Below the pieces are notes generated by a model that searched no databases, was not told the origin of the DNA, and worked only from the letters and a program-made list of their open reading frames with translations. The position numbers and the translations under genes were made by a program. From the IMG/VR virus record IMGVR_UViG_3300002835_000128: a stretch of DNA of 64,000 nt. One strand, 5' to 3'. The stretch comes from an uncultured virus (IMG/VR IMGVR_UViG_3300002835_000128) (taxonomy: Duplodnaviria; Heunggongvirae; Uroviricota; Caudoviricetes). Positions 47,808 to 56,272 of the stretch are shown one piece after another (position 1 is the first letter of the stretch; each line of letters opens with the position of its first letter).

Positions 47808-48275
47808 TCAAACCTTATCAACTGCTACCCAAAACTCAAATTCTTTATTATCTGTATCAGATAATCTTTTTATTGTATGTATAGTTCCATTAACATTCCA
47901 TGAATGAGATTCACCTTCACTCAAACGAACGGAGTCATATTTCGTTTCATCAAATGCAGCAGTTCCCATACCACCGTCATTAATCAAAGCTATTGGATAT
48001 CCCATAGATGGATTAAAAACGGAAAAAGATACAATGTATTTTCCTTGTTCAAGAATTTGTCCGTCTACATCACCCCATACATTGTCATTTCTTTTTGACC
48101 ACCACCATCGGGTGCTATCATTATACCCAACTTTTTCATGACAAGTTCCCCATTCTGTTGTACCATCTTCATCTGTTGGACATCCACCATTGTCTACAGT
48201 GATAAGCCATGGTTCAGCCCACTCAGGATCACAAAATTTTCCGGCTCTTAATACCACTCTACATGCTTTTGTCAT
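47808..48275 (-). CDS. Hypothetical protein
   Basis: 155 aa ORF with GGAG SD; no motif recognised. Confidence 0.6.
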   Translation of the reverse strand: MTKACRVVLRAGKFCDPEWAEPWLITVDNGGCPTDEDGTTEWGTCHEKVGYNDSTRWWWSKRNDNVWGDVDGQILEQGKYIVSFSVFNPSMGYPIALINDGGMGTAAFDETKYDSVRLSEGESHSWNVNGTIHTIKRLSDTDNKEFEFWVAVDKV

Positions 48276-48453
48276 TGTTCACTCCATTATTTTTACTTTC
48301 AACTCTCACACATCTTGCGGTGATGTTGTCTCTACCTCTTACCAGTATTGTTGCTGCCTCTAAACACTCTTCAAACCTATCGTAAGTTTTCCATTTTGTT
48401 TCGGTCGGAGAACTTCCGGCAATTATTACTGTTACGAAAAGAGCGTAAAACAT
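48259..48453 (-). CDS. Small exported/membrane protein
   Basis: Hydrophobic N-terminus, EEC...A...ARCV; directly downstream of a sigma70 promoter. Confidence 0.55.
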   Translation of the reverse strand: MFYALFVTVIIAGSSPTETKWKTYDRFEECLEAATILVRGRDNITARCVRVESKNNGVNNDKSM

Positions 48454-48470
48454 TTAAATATCCTTGATCG

Positions 48471-48499
48471 ATCATAACAGAATAATTTCACTTTGTCAA
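48471..48499 (-). promoter_or_regulatory. Sigma70-type promoter TTGACA-17-TATGAT with TGn extension
   Basis: -35 at 48494-48499, -10 at 48471-48476; probably drives two ORFs and possibly the tmRNA. Confidence 0.7.
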
Positions 48500-49159
48500 G
48501 AAATATTTATCAATGTACGCCTTTAAACCAGGCAAATAGTCACCCTTTTGTTCAATAAAAACTTGTGGATCTTCATTCTCTACAGCAATGGCGATTACAA
48601 TTTGGTCAATTGCTATACCAGTTATTTCTTCAAACATGACAGCGTAACCCGCCGCTTGCATGAAGTAATTTTCAATATGGTCTTTTTCTTTTTTGTAGTT
48701 TGCTGTTTTCCAGTCAACAATAGAAAGAACACCATCCCACTCAGCAATACAGTCACAACGGCCTGCTATTCTTAACTTATCACTGTAAAGTGGTTGTTCT
48801 ATACCGTAAACATCTTCAATATTTTTATCAAGTAACGGTCGTATCTTTAAAAAGAGTTCCTTTGTATCTGGCATCATCATGCTAATTTTCATATCTGACA
48901 TTTCATTTAGCAGATATTTTTCACAAACATTATGAAGCTTTGTTCCTCTACCAGAAGCTTTTTTGGATATTCTATTAGCTTCTTCTTCACCAACTCTTCG
49001 ACGCCATTCAAAAATGGCCTTTCTATTGTACTCTGAAAGAACTGTAGTGATTGATGGGTAGGACCTACCCTCCTTCGTTTTATATGTCCTACCCTTTTCT
49101 GTTGTCTCTGATTCCAAATCGAAATTGAGAGATTCAAGTTTTATGTGATTAAAATTCAT
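48488..49159 (-). CDS. PD-(D/E)XK (Cas4/RecB-like) exonuclease
   Basis: YPSITTVL...WR.RVG..EA...RGT..H; AGR.DCIAE.DG..SI.D.KT; YF.Q...YA.M.EE. Confidence 0.85.
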   Translation of the reverse strand: MNFNHIKLESLNFDLESETTEKGRTYKTKEGRSYPSITTVLSEYNRKAIFEWRRRVGEEEANRISKKASGRGTKLHNVCEKYLLNEMSDMKISMMMPDTKELFLKIRPLLDKNIEDVYGIEQPLYSDKLRIAGRCDCIAEWDGVLSIVDWKTANYKKEKDHIENYFMQAAGYAVMFEEITGIAIDQIVIAIAVENEDPQVFIEQKGDYLPGLKAYIDKYFLTK

Positions 49160-49160
49160 T

Positions 49161-49325
49161 CTATACTATTCTGGGTGGCGATCCCATTTTTTCTCCCATG
49201 TTTTCTTCACTTCGATATATCTCATTTAATTCTTTTCTCATAATTTTTTTTGCTGTTGCTGTTGATTTACCAAAATATCTTTGAATTAATGCAATTCGCT
49301 TGGTAACATCTTTAGTTTTCGCCAT
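49161..49325 (-). CDS. Small basic hypothetical protein
   Basis: AGGAG SD before ATG 49325. Confidence 0.5.
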   Translation of the reverse strand: MAKTKDVTKRIALIQRYFGKSTATAKKIMRKELNEIYRSEENMGEKMGSPPRIV

Positions 49326-49371
49326 ATATTCTCCTTTACAGCAAGTTATCATGACAAAAATTTTCTCACAA

Positions 49372-49665
49372 TTATCCTATGTGTTTTTTAATTAACTCCT
49401 TTGTCTTAATTTGATTGATTGTTTTTTTACCGTATCTTTCACCAACAGGACTTGATGGGTGAGCTTCTGCTACTTTAGATAAAACTTCTTTCCAAGTGCT
49501 GTCTGTTTTTGAGTCCAGACTTCCTTGCATTGATACGATTCCGGTAGGAGTGTGATATCTTTCAATGTGTGGATTATCCACCATGTATTGCTCATAAACG
49601 GATATTCTCATACTCTCTTCAAAAATATCACCAGTTTCTTTATTACGCAGAGTGTAGGTTGGCAT
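49372..49665 (-). CDS. FmdB-like small regulatory protein
   Basis: MPTY......TG...E..M.IS....Y...NP; W.EVLSK....HP. Confidence 0.6.
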   Translation of the reverse strand: MPTYTLRNKETGDIFEESMRISVYEQYMVDNPHIERYHTPTGIVSMQGSLDSKTDSTWKEVLSKVAEAHPSSPVGERYGKKTINQIKTKELIKKHIG

Positions 49666-50209
49666 GCTTTAGTCCTTCAGTATACCATTCAGGTATTTCA
49701 CGTTTTGTCCACTTAGCAAAGTGGTTCTTATTATGTATATAGTATTGATGATAAGACTTCAAAGAATCGCCGGGAATTTTTCGATCATCAGGCATTGCTG
49801 GTGTTGGTTCAGAAAATGGTTTTTCAGAAATATTTTTTGGCAAAACCATCAAATCATTTAGCAATCTAGCGCAAGAATGAACCTTACCGTAACGATGAGT
49901 ATATTCGGTTAATAGGCACCACCACATACTAAACAACCAAGTATAATTCGAATCAGAAGCTCGAGTCCAGATACCTGAAGGATGATTAATGTGTGAAGCT
50001 TTCATCAATCTACCTTCACGATCATCATTCAAACGCCAACGCTTGATTCTTCGGCCATTAGCCGTTAAATCGGTATATTCTTCGCCATCTAAAATACGAT
50101 GCGCCGTTGACATAAGCTGAGCGTATTCGATAATCATTTTCACCACATGTTTATCAAGGTGCATTTCAGCACATTTTTTAGGATCTTTATCTAGATAAAA
50201 TATATTCAT
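49643..50209 (-). CDS. Pyrimidine-dimer DNA glycosylase (DenV)-like protein
   Basis: MNIF.LD.DP...A..H.DKHVVKM..E.AQL.STAH; H.NHP...W; EYT.RYGK.H. Confidence 0.7.
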   Translation of the reverse strand: MNIFYLDKDPKKCAEMHLDKHVVKMIIEYAQLMSTAHRILDGEEYTDLTANGRRIKRWRLNDDREGRLMKASHINHPSGIWTRASDSNYTWLFSMWWCLLTEYTHRYGKVHSCARLLNDLMVLPKNISEKPFSEPTPAMPDDRKIPGDSLKSYHQYYIHNKNHFAKWTKREIPEWYTEGLKHANLHSA

Positions 50210-51172
50210 TTAGTCACACTCAGTTGATACCGTCATAGAAATAGTTTGAATCGATTTCAATTTTTCACGTTCGATTTTGAGAACTCTTTGCCTTGAAACA
50301 CCGTAAATATCAATAGCAAAAATACTAAAGTCAATATTCAAATTGTCACAAACTTTGAATTCATTAAACTTGACATATGTTGGTTGATGCATACTTTTTC
50401 TTACCATCTGGTAAAATTTTTCATCATGTGTATTAAATGTAACTTTATTTTCGAATAAACCAGTTGTATCCCATTGTACATGAATTTGGTGTGGAGCATC
50501 AACTTGTGTATCTTTCTCCATTTTTTTCAGGAAACGAATGAACTCTTTTTTGAATTCTTCATTCCATTTTATCTCATATTCAACAAGTATTGAAGCAAAC
50601 TTTTCAGTTGTGGGTACTACTTCAACCTTCTTAATCTTTGCCTCTATTCCAGATTGCCTAACTTGAAAGAGGTAATATTCCATTACCCTTTGTCTTTGAT
50701 ACATGACATTTCTGGCAGTAGCGTCTTGAGCATAAAAATCGTTTCCATTCACTTTGACGGAATTAGAATTACCCTCAAGTTTACGAATAAATTTCCATGG
50801 CGCCACTTTAGCTTTTATTTCACAAGTAATAGGCTCAAAAGTGTTACATTGAACAACATTATAACTATTAACTACACCAGAGGCATATTGTGCCGACAAG
50901 TTCCTAACAACTTTATCATTTGATACTGTTTGATCGGAAATGACCAAGACACCAATACCTTTCTGGACAGCTTCAGTTAAAGCATTTTCAATAGCTTGCT
51001 CTCTAGTTTTTCCAGAGCCTTTAGCGGTCACACTTATTTCTTTAGGCACAGGTTCAGAGGCAAAAAATTTGACCCCTTGATAAACTATACTGATATAGTC
51101 CAAAGGGGTCAAAGTAATCTGAGCAAAAGCCTGATTTGATACTAAAATCAGGCTTAATAATAGTTTACGCAT
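50210..51172 (-). CDS. Secreted/periplasmic protein with an LPP20/FlgT_N-like domain
   Basis: Signal peptide ending AFA; G.G.T.E.A..NAL..AV....G. Confidence 0.55.
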   Translation of the reverse strand: MRKLLLSLILVSNQAFAQITLTPLDYISIVYQGVKFFASEPVPKEISVTAKGSGKTREQAIENALTEAVQKGIGVLVISDQTVSNDKVVRNLSAQYASGVVNSYNVVQCNTFEPITCEIKAKVAPWKFIRKLEGNSNSVKVNGNDFYAQDATARNVMYQRQRVMEYYLFQVRQSGIEAKIKKVEVVPTTEKFASILVEYEIKWNEEFKKEFIRFLKKMEKDTQVDAPHQIHVQWDTTGLFENKVTFNTHDEKFYQMVRKSMHQPTYVKFNEFKVCDNLNIDFSIFAIDIYGVSRQRVLKIEREKLKSIQTISMTVSTECD

Positions 51173-51708
51173 TAATTACCCATCATACGTGCCAACTGTT
51201 TAGAGGTATCCAAGTCACGCAGGCTTGTTTTTACAATCACTTTTACCGTGCGAGTTGAGGGGTCGTATGTTTTACTTTCAACATAAGTTCCTTTCAACAA
51301 GGCCTTACTGTTTTGTCGAATATTATCCTGAACATCTGAAGCAATCTTCGCTGATACATTCGACTTAACTGTTTTGTCCGATTCACTTTCAGAATCTTGC
51401 AAAGTCTTTGATACAGCAGTAACAAAGCTAGTGCTTTCAAGTTCTACTTTCATAAACTCAACCAGTTGCTTTCGAGCCTGAAGTGTAGCAACAAGATAAG
51501 CTTCATCAGGCGCTGAAGGCAAGGTACTTGTTACTTTTGCCACACCACTTGACGTTACAGATTCTAAATCACCCGAAAGTGTATAACTTACTTTGATACT
51601 TCCACCCATAAACTCAGTGTTTACCTTAGGTTCATCTTTCTTACTTGAAAATGTTGAGCAAGCAGAGAGCAGAACAGCCAAAGAGACAACTAAAAATTTA
51701 AGTTTCAT
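51172..51708 (-). CDS. Lipoprotein (LPP20-like)
   Basis: Lipobox LSAC; A...A.L.AR..L..F; L.G...... Confidence 0.65.
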   Translation of the reverse strand: MKLKFLVVSLAVLLSACSTFSSKKDEPKVNTEFMGGSIKVSYTLSGDLESVTSSGVAKVTSTLPSAPDEAYLVATLQARKQLVEFMKVELESTSFVTAVSKTLQDSESESDKTVKSNVSAKIASDVQDNIRQNSKALLKGTYVESKTYDPSTRTVKVIVKTSLRDLDTSKQLARMMGN

Positions 51709-52151
51709 TTTAAATTCACCTTTTCACCAATTTTAGTAAATAAAGTTTCTATCTTTTTTTCTTTAGGCCATGATTTTAGATAGTCATTATCTCCATCACA
51801 AATTTTAATTGCTTCCTCAAGGTCAACAACACGGTGATTTGTAATGATTTCATCTAAATGTTGTTGACTAAATTCTTTGGCTTCTCCACATACAACAGTA
51901 TCAAGAGCCCACTCAGCTTTGCCTTTTGGTACTTCGACACAGTATCGATGGCGAAACATCTGAACGGTTTCTACCAGAACCCATTCTGTTTCGGGTTCCA
52001 CTTTGCAAAGAGAATATGATCCGTCTAAATTATCTTTCCAATCTAAAGTATCACCTTCAGACCAATCCAAATCATCTAGCATTTCTTGAGGCAATGGAAG
52101 AATCAAATCACCATTTCCATCTTCTTCAAGTTTAACCACAAATGATTTCAT
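51705..52151 (-). CDS. AbrB/MazE-like N-terminal domain protein
   Basis: LILPLP.E.L..L.W.EGD.L.W. Confidence 0.6.
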   Translation of the reverse strand: MKSFVVKLEEDGNGDLILPLPQEMLDDLDWSEGDTLDWKDNLDGSYSLCKVEPETEWVLVETVQMFRHRYCVEVPKGKAEWALDTVVCGEAKEFSQQHLDEIITNHRVVDLEEAIKICDGDNDYLKSWPKEKKIETLFTKIGEKVNLK

Positions 52152-52165
52152 AAGAACTCCTTAAA

Positions 52166-52188
52166 CTCCGCCAGGCGAACTGGCGGAG
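52166..52188. terminator. GC-rich hairpin (terminator or processing stem)
   Basis: CTCCGCCAG-GCGAA-CTGGCGGAG. Confidence 0.55.
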
Positions 52189-52199
52189 GACTTTTTTGA

Positions 52200-52595
52200 T
52201 TAAGCATCAACAACTTCGGTAACAACAACTTCTTCAACAACTGGTGCTACAACAGGTTGTGCATCAAGGTCTTTGAGTTTAGAAACTTTCTTAGCCTTGG
52301 TTTCTTTTGTTGCAGGCGTTGCTGCAGCTTGAGTAACACCAACACGGTCCATATATTTCTTCACTTCAGAAACATTGACCAGCTGATATGCTGTCACTTT
52401 GCGACCATCTTTGATAGGTCGAATGACGCCTTCAGCGTTGGTTTTAATATGCCACATATAAGTGGACAAGCGATACATTTGAATCTCTGAGCCAAATGCA
52501 TCGTCAATCTCCTGAATGGAGACAGGCTTACCACTGATTAACAGTGTAAGAATTTTTTGAAAAGGTTTAAGTTTAATAGATTTACCACGAGCCAT
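52200..52595 (-). CDS. Early protein, possible winged-HTH
   Basis: AGGAG SD and its own promoter; YRLSTY.W.IK...I...K.GRKV..YQL. Confidence 0.6.
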   Translation of the reverse strand: MARGKSIKLKPFQKILTLLISGKPVSIQEIDDAFGSEIQMYRLSTYMWHIKTNAEGVIRPIKDGRKVTAYQLVNVSEVKKYMDRVGVTQAAATPATKETKAKKVSKLKDLDAQPVVAPVVEEVVVTEVVDA

Positions 52596-52626
52596 AATAA
52601 AAACTCCTATTGTTAAAAGGAAAGTC

Positions 52627-52655
52627 AGTGTAACACAAACAGGTCACATTGTCAA
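52627..52655 (-). promoter_or_regulatory. Sigma70-type early promoter TTGACA-17-TACACT
   Basis: -35 at 52650-52655, -10 at 52627-52632. Confidence 0.7.
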
Positions 52656-52717
52656 GGTCACCTGCCACAATTGCCCATTCATCTGTTGTTTGGGCACAAC
52701 AAACTTTGGAAAAAGAA

Positions 52718-52921
52718 TTATACACTTTCTATTTTCCAAAGCTTGAAAGTTTTCCGTTTGATCTTATCAAACGGAATTTTATTTCTTTTGCAGTAGAACC
52801 AAGCATCCAAATAAAATTCAAAAATATTGTCCTCTGTAGTATCAACAAATTTTGTTTCTTCGGATCCAGGTAATCGCCACTCTTTTCTTGAGGTTTCAGT
52901 CCATTGCATAGTCATCTCCAT
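52718..52921 (-). CDS. Small hypothetical protein
   Basis: Coupled to the upstream ORF. Confidence 0.5.
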   Translation of the reverse strand: MEMTMQWTETSRKEWRLPGSEETKFVDTTEDNIFEFYLDAWFYCKRNKIPFDKIKRKTFKLWKIESV

Positions 52922-53146
52922 TAGCCTTTTTCTAAAATAACATAATCACCAAAATAATTATCAAAAACATTTATCAAATTATCATAATCACCAGAACGCA
53001 TTTCTTCGGTGATTTTTTCATAATCGAGATTCAATTGTTTACTAAAAGTTTTAGCATATCCCATCAGAACAAAGGCATTGCCTTGAGGGCCCGTCAGGTC
53101 AATTGTAAACTTACCTGTGGCTAATTTTTTCCTCACGATGGTCATA
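52921..53146 (-). CDS. Small conserved phage protein (IDLTGP.GNAF.L.G)
   Basis: M..GDY..L...F...FG motif; ATG 53146 directly after the upstream stop. Confidence 0.65.
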
Positions 53147-53383
53147 TTAACCCCAATCTTTTTTGTCGCCAAACTTTTCATTGTAATCATAACCTGCATT
53201 GTAAGCTAAGATTTCAGCGAAACTCATTTGTTCTTTTTTTACTTCCTCGGAATTATAGGTATCACCCTTAAAGTAATGCGGGTTTCGAGGACGATGGTAG
53301 TAACTATCAGCAGAGCCACGATCAAATGGACCTCCGTGGCGAGTATCGAAAGAATCACGAATATTTTCCCATTCCTTAAGCAT
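53147..53383 (-). CDS. Small conserved phage protein (HGGPFDRGSADSYY.R...PHY...KDWG)
   Basis: Recognisable motif; GGAG SD before ATG 53383. Confidence 0.65.
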   Translation of the reverse strand: MLKEWENIRDSFDTRHGGPFDRGSADSYYHRPRNPHYFKGDTYNSEEVKKEQMSFAEILAYNAGYDYNEKFGDKKDWG

Positions 53384-53609
53384 AAGATTCATCTCCATAA
53401 TAACCATAATCTTCATCGGTGCCGAAACCAGCAGAAGTCATAGCAGAATCAAAATCACCATCCATTGATTCATCATAAGAATCTTGGATTGCCATTTCAT
53501 CCGCAATTAAGTTTACATCAGCATAAGGCACATTAAACTTTTCAGCAATTTCTTGAAACGATAAATCACCAATCATAATTTCTTCTTGAATTTTTTGCAC
53601 AATATTCAT
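53376..53609 (-). CDS. Small acidic protein (DESMDGDFDSAMTSAGFGTDEDYG)
   Basis: HTH-like N-terminus; conserved-looking acidic C-terminal motif. Confidence 0.6.
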   Translation of the reverse strand: MNIVQKIQEEIMIGDLSFQEIAEKFNVPYADVNLIADEMAIQDSYDESMDGDFDSAMTSAGFGTDEDYGYYGDESYA

Positions 53610-53610
53610 A

Positions 53611-54360
53611 TCAAGCCGCCTTCATCATAATTGTAGGAAACTTTACAAAGCCAGAAGTATCTTTTTTGGCTTTACCCTTTGCATACAGACCAACAACCAC
53701 ACCTTTTGGATCAAGGAATCGCAAGTCAGAATCATCACCATTAAACACAGGCCGACCGTTGTACGATTCAGGCATCGCTTCTGTTTTTTTCAAACCGAAC
53801 ACCGTTGCTACATTCAAACCTTCAGCAATTGCACGGAGAACATCCAGATCATTACCATCAGCTGCCGAAAAGGTCAAGTGATAATTTGGAATATCTTTTA
53901 CTTTGCGACCAAGAATTTTGGTGTAATCGTAAAATTGAACATCAGGAAAAGCCGCAAAGATATTTTTGTAAACAATACCTTTACGAACAACCTCATATTT
54001 TTCCCACGCTAGGTCGGAAGTACCGTTCAAGCGGAAAACCGGAATCAGATTTTTCTTGGCAGATTGTTTAATCGCCAATTCGATATCAGCAACCAACCAC
54101 TCCATAAAACCAGCTCGCTCTTCGAAAAAGAATAGCGTTTTGCGCTTGCGGGCTTCTTGAATTACGTTAGTAGATTCGCCTTTTTTGAACATACCGCCAC
54201 GACCTGCTGTATTCAAGCAAGCAGCGGTACAGCCCGCTGTACGTTTTGGACATGTTTCAAAACCAGAAACATTAGCGGGTGCTAAGTGTAGAATGTAGGT
54301 GTTATAACCTTGTTTCATTCCTTTTAACACTTTTGGGTTACCAGTAGAAAGAAGTTTCAT
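53611..54360 (-). CDS. Gene product 88 (GP88)-like Cys-cluster protein
   Basis: CP....GC...CL..AGRG; RLNGTSD..WE; QFYDYTK; NYHLTFS; GD..DLRFLD. Confidence 0.7.
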   Translation of the reverse strand: MKLLSTGNPKVLKGMKQGYNTYILHLAPANVSGFETCPKRTAGCTAACLNTAGRGGMFKKGESTNVIQEARKRKTLFFFEERAGFMEWLVADIELAIKQSAKKNLIPVFRLNGTSDLAWEKYEVVRKGIVYKNIFAAFPDVQFYDYTKILGRKVKDIPNYHLTFSAADGNDLDVLRAIAEGLNVATVFGLKKTEAMPESYNGRPVFNGDDSDLRFLDPKGVVVGLYAKGKAKKDTSGFVKFPTIMMKAA

Positions 54361-54391
54361 AATTTATATCGCCTTATCAATCACAGGAACC

Positions 54392-54440
54392 ATTATACAG
54401 ATTCCACGGCAAATGTCAAGCGTGTTGTGAAAATACAACA
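54392..54440 (-). promoter_or_regulatory. Early promoter TTGACA-16-TATAAT with upstream palindrome TGTTG-N8-CAACA
   Basis: -10 at 54392-54397, -35 at 54414-54419, palindrome at 54423-54440. Confidence 0.75.
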
Positions 54441-54481
54441 GTTTTCTTTTTGATAACAAAGTTGCATTTTTGAAAATGTTG

Positions 54482-54832
54482 TCATCTCCGCATGGCTGCC
54501 TGGTCTTTGGCTTCCTGGTCAGTGAAAATGGGAACAGCATTACTTTTATGCAAGGTTCCGATACCCTTCATTTTCGTACCAGTGTAAACTTTGCCATACA
54601 CAGGCTTTGTCGCCGAACCTTTACCACTGTCAACGCTAGGATAATTTTTAGGATTCCTTGCTTCAGGAATCTCCAACTTTGGCATTTTGGTAGATTTTTT
54701 GAAACCGCCAAGTTTCTTGATAGCGAAGGTCGTTTTTTGCGACCCTACGCTATCGAGCCATTTTTGGTATTCCTCGATTTCCTTTTTGGTCTTATTTTTC
54801 TTTTTCGACCGTTGATTGGTGTAAATTATCAT
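54482..54832 (-). CDS. Basic conserved phage protein (YTGT...GI.T.HKSNAVP)
   Basis: C-terminal motif ...A.D.A.MRR; start uncertain. Confidence 0.65.
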   Translation of the reverse strand: MIIYTNQRSKKKNKTKKEIEEYQKWLDSVGSQKTTFAIKKLGGFKKSTKMPKLEIPEARNPKNYPSVDSGKGSATKPVYGKVYTGTKMKGIGTLHKSNAVPIFTDQEAKDQAAMRR

Positions 54833-55215
54833 GATAATTGATACGGCTTGTTCCACTTACCAATGTTTACATCGATATACCAACCGACATTGAAATAATC
54901 GACCTGAATATCAGACTTATCCCAGTTACCTTCATTCATTGCTGGAATCACTTCACTCAAAAAGTGGTATGCTTCACCATTGAAGTGGTTTTTGTAATGA
55001 TATGGATTCACTTGAATTCCGAATTTCTCAGCATCAGCACGAGCTTCTGGTGTATCACCGTAATCATTAATAAAATCCACTTTACCAGATTTTACATTCA
55101 GCACCAATGTCATATTGTTACGGACTGCAAGGCTGGCTTTTACGCCATATTTTTTGCAGATTGCCTTAATCTTAGGTGCCAGACTTGCCTTCAAATCTTG
55201 AGAAACGTAAGCCAT
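54829..55215 (-). CDS. Conserved early phage protein (D.SD.Q.DYF..GWY....IG.W.KPY)
   Basis: GAGG SD; motif pattern. Confidence 0.65.
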   Translation of the reverse strand: MAYVSQDLKASLAPKIKAICKKYGVKASLAVRNNMTLVLNVKSGKVDFINDYGDTPEARADAEKFGIQVNPYHYKNHFNGEAYHFLSEVIPAMNEGNWDKSDIQVDYFNVGWYIDVNIGKWNKPYQLS

Positions 55216-55217
55216 AA

Positions 55218-55418
55218 TTAACCTCTCACTTGAACAATTTCAGAATGATTCAAAATAACCCGTTCACGGATGGCTCCGTAAACATTAATCGGGCTGTCTA
55301 ATACTACATGATGCGAAACCTCTCCACCATATTTGACCCTTGAAAGGTCTACCGTACCAGAAACAGTAATGTCATTCATATACATTCCGACAACTTGCAT
55401 ACCTTCAAGATTCCACAT
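55218..55418 (-). CDS. Small conserved protein (SRVKYGG.V.H.V.L)
   Basis: Directly downstream of an early promoter. Confidence 0.6.
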   Translation of the reverse strand: MWNLEGMQVVGMYMNDITVSGTVDLSRVKYGGEVSHHVVLDSPINVYGAIRERVILNHSEIVQVRG

Positions 55419-55448
55419 AATTCGCTCTCTAATCAATCAACAAAGACC

Positions 55449-55497
55449 ATTATACAGATTTAGGCAGGAATGTCAAGCCTGTTGTTTTTCTGCAACA
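55449..55497 (-). promoter_or_regulatory. Early promoter TTGACA-16-TATAAT with upstream palindrome TGTTG-N8-CAACA
   Basis: -10 at 55449-55454, -35 at 55471-55476, palindrome at 55480-55497. Confidence 0.75.
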
Positions 55498-55889
55498 GCC
55501 TTAACATGTGAACAAGTCCTGCGATATCCAAAACCCGTACAATTGCAATTATAGAAATTTCCTGAAATGTTGTAAGAAACGTAATATTCTTTACCTTTTG
55601 ATAAGACTTTGAAATTACGTATATTTGCGGATTTGACAAGTTGCGGTTTCTGCAACTTTTCTTCTTGATAATCTTTTGGTATCAATTTTGATAATGCAGG
55701 ATTTTTAACTTCGATAAACTTTCGATAACGCTTATCAAAATCCCAACCATTTTTCAATTTGACAATTTCGCCTGTTGTTTCATTTGCAAAGGCGATAACC
55801 TTGTTTTTCGGACTTATCAAATAGGTATGATTGCAAACTTGATAATCGCAACCTGACCAGTCCGTAACTTCCTGTAGAATTTTAAACAT
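55473..55889 (-). CDS. SWIM zinc-finger protein
   Basis: C-terminal CNCTGF.YR..C.H; probable leaderless ATG at 55889. Confidence 0.7.
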   Translation of the reverse strand: MFKILQEVTDWSGCDYQVCNHTYLISPKNKVIAFANETTGEIVKLKNGWDFDKRYRKFIEVKNPALSKLIPKDYQEEKLQKPQLVKSANIRNFKVLSKGKEYYVSYNISGNFYNCNCTGFGYRRTCSHVKAVAEKQQA

Positions 55890-55895
55890 GCCACT

Positions 55896-55947
55896 ATTGT
55901 ACACTAACCAATGGCATTGTCAAGGGGGCTGTTGTATTTTTACAACA
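55896..55947 (-). promoter_or_regulatory. Early promoter TTGACA-16-TACAAT with upstream palindrome TGTTG-N8-CAACA
   Basis: -10 at 55896-55901, -35 at 55918-55923, palindrome at 55930-55947. Confidence 0.7.
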
Positions 55948-56124
55948 TTATCCCTTCAACAATTGTTGGCTACTTTCAGTACGCATATCTTCCTCAAAAT
56001 CCTGTAAATTTAAACGTGCTAATTCTGAGCGTAGGCTGTCTAATTGAACCTTATCGATATTGGACTCAGCTATCTTTGCTTCTAGCTCAATGATTCGTTT
56101 TTTGATTTGATCTCTATACGACAT
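55948..56124 (-). CDS. 58-aa coiled-coil protein (MSYRDQIKKRIIELEAK...QQLLKG)
   Basis: Translated by hand; GAGGAG SD; below the ORF-track cutoff. Confidence 0.6.
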   Translation of the reverse strand: MSYRDQIKKRIIELEAKIAESNIDKVQLDSLRSELARLNLQDFEEDMRTESSQQLLKG

Positions 56125-56263
56125 TTTCTTTCTCCTCTCGCATCAAACGATAAAAAGATTTATCGTGGTGCTTTTGTTTTTTAGAACCTTGACCTTCACG
56201 TTCTTGGTTCTTTCTAAATTTAGTTTTTTGTGTCTTTTCTATTTTTTTACCGCCAGTAAACAT
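56114..56263 (-). CDS. 49-aa basic protein (MFTGGKKIEKTQKTKFRK...)
   Basis: Translated by hand; GGGAG SD. Confidence 0.5.
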   Translation of the reverse strand: MFTGGKKIEKTQKTKFRKNQEREGQGSKKQKHHDKSFYRLMREEKENVV

Positions 56264-56272
56264 ACGCTCCCT

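Noticed and set aside
47567..47884. 105-aa plus-strand ORF
   Set aside because: Antisense to the tmRNA, weak start, no recognisable protein features
48488..49159. CRISPR-associated Cas4
   Set aside because: No array or other cas genes; lacks the Cas4 Cys cluster; matches the common T4-like PD-(D/E)XK exonuclease
54423..55947. LexA (SOS) boxes
   Set aside because: The proteobacterial LexA box is CTGT-N8-ACAG; these palindromes have different spacing (CTGT-N12-ACAG at best)
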